NCBI GenBank assembly: GCA_963718615.1
Contig: OY970368.1
Span: forward strand, 2,240,001-2,304,000
Direction: 5' to 3'
Source of the DNA: an uncultured cyanobacterium
Lineage (GTDB): Bacteria > Cyanobacteriota > Cyanobacteriia > PCC-9006 > JAAUQQ01
DNA length: 64,000 bases
Below, piece by piece: positions 60,837 to 64,000 of the stretch; positions within the stretch are counted from its first letter, which is position 1; each line of letters begins with the position of its first letter. The notes below the pieces were generated by a model. It made no database searches. It was not told the DNA's origin and saw nothing but the letters and a program-made list of their open reading frames with translations. Position numbers and translations under genes: made by a program.

Positions 60837-62668
60837 TTTTAACAGAGTTGTATCAGCTATATCAGCGCATGGATGGTGAGCCCATGCCCGCCATGTACAA
60901 CAAGGTCAAAATTCGTTGGATGATCCCGATTAATGCCGATGGCAGTCTGCGCGGTCCGTTTTTGGACTTGAAAGGCGAAACGAACGCGGAGCAGCGCGGC
61001 AAAGAATACATCCTGCCGGATCTGGTGCGAGCGTCTGGCATCAAGCCTAAGCTGCTGGCTGACAATGGCGAGTATGTTCTGGGTCTGCAAAAAGAAGGGG
61101 CCAAGGCTGACAAAGTCTTGCAGCGCCATGAGCAGTTTCGAGCACTGGTACAACTCTGCGCGGAAGCCACTCAGGAACCCTCGGTGGAGGCGGTTTTGCG
61201 GTTCTATGGGCAGTGGAACCCTGAGGAATTTTCCCAAGAGGAGGTAGATCCTGCCGATAATTTTACCTTTGAAGTCCATGGCATTGGAGCGTGCGCTATC
61301 ATCCCTGCGAGTGCTGCTGAATCACTCGCCTCCATTCAGGATTTCTGGGCGGTCCACACCGCTAGCGCTGATAGCCCTCCCATGACCTGCCTGGTCACCG
61401 GCAAGCAAAATGTGCCCGTCGAGGCCCGACTCCCCGGCAAAATCAAAGGTGTCCCCAATGGTCAAACCGCTGGCACGTCGTTGGTCTCGGCCAATGCAGC
61501 CCCATTCAGTTCTTATGGCCTCAAAAACTCGCTGACTTCTCCTATTTCAAGAGATGCAGGTGAAGGCTTTACCAAGGCCCTCAATGGATTGCTGGCCGGT
61601 GCAAAGACTCGAATTTATCTCGGCCCGGTAGTGTATAGCTTTTGGGCGAAGGGTGACTTTGATATCGGTCTATTTAGCGAAGCTCTAGAAGAAGATCAAT
61701 CGGAAGCCTTTCGAGAGTCTTTGGCCTTTGCCCAGGATTCGCTCAATGGAGACGATGACCCGGAAGAAGTTAAAAATCTCTTTAATTCTCCCCGGTCGGG
61801 CAGTCCTCAATATGGCGTTGGTGACCAATTCTATGCACTGGGTTTGTCTGCCAGTGGCGGGCGGGCTGTGGTACGCAGTTGGATTGATGTTCCAATTGAA
61901 CAAGCCAAGCAAAATCTTGATGCTTGGTTCGAGGGACAGCGCCTGGTCAATGAATATGGGCAATACATTGACAAGCCCTATTTTCGAGTGCGGCGCTTGG
62001 TGAATAGCCTGTACCGCGATCCCGCCAAAGAGCTGGATATGCAGGGCGCAAAACTCATTGAAGTTGCGCTCAAGGGGGGTAAATTGTCCCTGGACATGCT
62101 GGCGCGGGCCGTGCGCCGAACGGCAATTGAGCATTCCATTCCCTATGCCAGAGCTGCGTTGATCAAACTCATTCTGACTACACGTCTCAAAACCCCATCC
62201 CACAATCCAATGCAAACGATGAATGAACTGAATCTTGACCCAGAATTCCAAGATCAAAGTGATACTATGGCCTACCACTGCGGGCGACTGCTAGCCCATC
62301 TGGAAAATATTCAGAAAGCAGCCTTAGGCGATATCAATACAACCTTGATCGATCGCTACTACGGCGCAGCCGCCAATACTCCTGGCAAGGTTTTTGGTGA
62401 ACTCGTCAAAGATGCTCAGGCTCACCTGCGCAAGCTGCGTGTCACAAAACCAGCCGTCCATGAGGCGCTTCAGCAAAGGCTTGAAGGTATCATGGTCAAG
62501 TTTTACTCGGCAGAACATTTCCCGACGACGCTGACGATGCAGCAGCAAAGCATTTTTTCCCTGGGCTATTACCACCAGCGGGCGGCAAACCGTAAAGAAG
62601 CGATCGATCGTAAAGCGGCCAATGCCGAAGCCAAGGCGGCAAAAGCTGCGGCAAAAGCTTCAGAGTGA
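60833..62668 (+). CDS. cas8c: Type I-C large subunit Cas8c (Csd1)
   Basis: RASG, CLVTG, LVSAN...FSSYG, AYHCGRLLA.LE.IQ and QSIFSLGYYHQ motifs. Confidence 0.93.
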   Translation: MILTELYQLYQRMDGEPMPAMYNKVKIRWMIPINADGSLRGPFLDLKGETNAEQRGKEYILPDLVRASGIKPKLLADNGEYVLGLQKEGAKADKVLQRHEQFRALVQLCAEATQEPSVEAVLRFYGQWNPEEFSQEEVDPADNFTFEVHGIGACAIIPASAAESLASIQDFWAVHTASADSPPMTCLVTGKQNVPVEARLPGKIKGVPNGQTAGTSLVSANAAPFSSYGLKNSLTSPISRDAGEGFTKALNGLLAGAKTRIYLGPVVYSFWAKGDFDIGLFSEALEEDQSEAFRESLAFAQDSLNGDDDPEEVKNLFNSPRSGSPQYGVGDQFYALGLSASGGRAVVRSWIDVPIEQAKQNLDAWFEGQRLVNEYGQYIDKPYFRVRRLVNSLYRDPAKELDMQGAKLIEVALKGGKLSLDMLARAVRRTAIEHSIPYARAALIKLILTTRLKTPSHNPMQTMNELNLDPEFQDQSDTMAYHCGRLLAHLENIQKAALGDINTTLIDRYYGAAANTPGKVFGELVKDAQAHLRKLRVTKPAVHEALQQRLEGIMVKFYSAEHFPTTLTMQQQSIFSLGYYHQRAANRKEAIDRKAANAEAKAAKAAAKASE

Positions 62669-62730
62669 TCCATCCCTTAAATACGGCCTCTTTTCCCTTC
62701 AATTCACGTCAACAAATTAGGACTTAAACC

Positions 62731-63645
62731 ATGAGCGCTCATCTTAACCCTGAAGCACGCCACGACTTTGTTTTACTGTTTGATATTCAAGATGGGAATC
62801 CTAATGGCGATCCAGATGGTGGCAATCTGCCGAGAACGGATCCAGAAACCATGGAGGGCTTGGTGACTGACGTTTGTCTCAAGCGCAAAATTCGGAATTA
62901 TGTGGATGCGATCGCAGGTGATACCGCCCCCAATTTGATCTACATCCAAAATAAAGGGATTGCCCTCAATGACATGCATACCCGAGCCTACGAAGGCTTA
63001 GGGATTAAGGCAACGGGGACGAAGCAAAAGCGTGAGGACGTTAATCAAGCACGCCAGTGGATGTGTCAAAACTTCTACGATATTCGTATGTTTGGGGCTG
63101 TGATGACTACCGGAGTAAACTGTGGCCAGGTGCGTGGCCCGATTCAATTGACATTTTCTCGCTCCCAAGACCCGATCATGCCTCTCGATGTCGCAATTAC
63201 TAGAATTGCAATTACCAAGCCGGAAGATGCTGCGGTTCAGGTTAGCGAAGAGGGTAAGGGTGAGGGGGGTAAGACGACTGAGATTGGCCGCAAAGCGCTC
63301 ATTCCCTACGGTCTCTATCGGGGTCATGGCTTTTATTCGCCCCATCTAGCAGCACAAACGGGGGTTACCGAGGCGGACTTGCAGCTCTTTTGGGATGCGC
63401 TGATCAACATGTGGGACTTTGATCGCTCCGCCAGTCGGGGACTAATGGCTCCTCGGGGTCTCTATGTGTTTAGCCATGAGTCTAAGCTGGGCAATGCCCC
63501 GGCCCACAAGCTATTTGAGCATTTGCAGATTAAGCTTAAACCAGGTGTCTCAGCCCCCAGACAGTTTAGCGATTATCAGATCACTGACCTTGAGCAAGAA
63601 ACTTGGCCCACCGGAATTAGCCTGACAATCTTGACCCAGGGATAG
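62731..63645 (+). CDS. cas7c: Type I-C Cas7c (Csd2)
   Basis: GNPNGDPD.GNLPR, TDVCLKRKIRN, YDIRMFGAV, GQVRGPIQ and DRSASRG motifs. Confidence 0.96.
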   Translation: MSAHLNPEARHDFVLLFDIQDGNPNGDPDGGNLPRTDPETMEGLVTDVCLKRKIRNYVDAIAGDTAPNLIYIQNKGIALNDMHTRAYEGLGIKATGTKQKREDVNQARQWMCQNFYDIRMFGAVMTTGVNCGQVRGPIQLTFSRSQDPIMPLDVAITRIAITKPEDAAVQVSEEGKGEGGKTTEIGRKALIPYGLYRGHGFYSPHLAAQTGVTEADLQLFWDALINMWDFDRSASRGLMAPRGLYVFSHESKLGNAPAHKLFEHLQIKLKPGVSAPRQFSDYQITDLEQETWPTGISLTILTQG

Positions 63646-63692
63646 CGCTGAATGAAGTCTGTTTAATGTCTTGAATATCAACGTGTGAAAGC

Positions 63693-63923
63693 ATGACAAC
63701 ACTCACCCGCATTACTTGGAATCCTGAAATTATGGGGGGTAAGCCCTGTATCCGAGGGTTGCGCGTTACCGTCAGCACGATTCTCGGGCTGTTGGCGGTC
63801 GGTCGCACGACTGACGAAATTCTGAAGGCTTATCCTTACTTGGAACTGGATGATATCCAGGAGTCCTTAGCCTATGCCGCTTGGCGTGTTGATGAAGCAG
63901 AAGTTCCGCTTCAGATGGTATGA
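63693..63923 (+). CDS. DUF433 domain antitoxin-like protein
   Basis: RITWNPEIMGGKPCIRGLRVTV...YPYL...DI. Confidence 0.9.
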   Translation: MTTLTRITWNPEIMGGKPCIRGLRVTVSTILGLLAVGRTTDEILKAYPYLELDDIQESLAYAAWRVDEAEVPLQMV

Positions 63924-64000
63924 AGATTCTGATTGATATGAATCTTCCTCCGAGTTGGGTGGATGCCTTTGCGCTTGAAGGGATAGAGGCGGTGCATTGG
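63920..64000 (+). CDS. DUF5615 PIN-like toxin, 3'-truncated by the window edge
   Basis: ATGA overlap with the DUF433 stop; begins MKILIDMNLPPSWVDAF...IEAVHW. Confidence 0.8.
   Translation, partial: MKILIDMNLPPSWVDAFALEGIEAVHW

Noticed and set aside
1-64000. Very frequent GCGATCGC
   Set aside because: This is the known cyanobacterial HIP1 sequence and was used only as a taxonomic clue.

Overview
Cyanobacterial chromosomal DNA (many HIP1 GCGATCGC octamers, short heptamer tandem repeats, hpsA-, pacS- and DUF1822-type genes). Most of the window is housekeeping or ordinary accessory genes: clpC, acs, beta-carbonic anhydrase, a TRAP transporter, a VIT/vWA protein, ribD and NADAR, hpsA, a PMT glycosyltransferase, a nucA-like nuclease, fni, an M20 amidohydrolase and a Cu-ATPase. 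The window ends in a type I-C cas operon (cas3-cas5c-cas8c-cas7c) followed by a DUF433/DUF5615 toxin-antitoxin pair. The most notable region is about 4.3-10.65 kb, which reads as a minus-strand integron-type cassette array with no integrase in the window. It carries a methyltransferase cassette and a small ORF/NACHT/hicB/hicA cassette, and is headed by a 42-bp-phased array of palindromes. Its attC site is interrupted by an IS110/IS1111-family element. That element's 5' non-coding region has bridge-RNA architecture, with one donor-binding loop matching the element's own circle junction and, unusually, two tandem target-binding loops programmed for different attC variants. Other notable items are an in-frame UGA plus hairpin joining the small ORF to the NACHT gene (readthrough candidate), a PstS-like/TM/acetyl-CoA synthetase fusion, and a ribD frameshift mapping near a HIP1 site. 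All calls come from reading motifs by eye; no database searches or folding programs were run.
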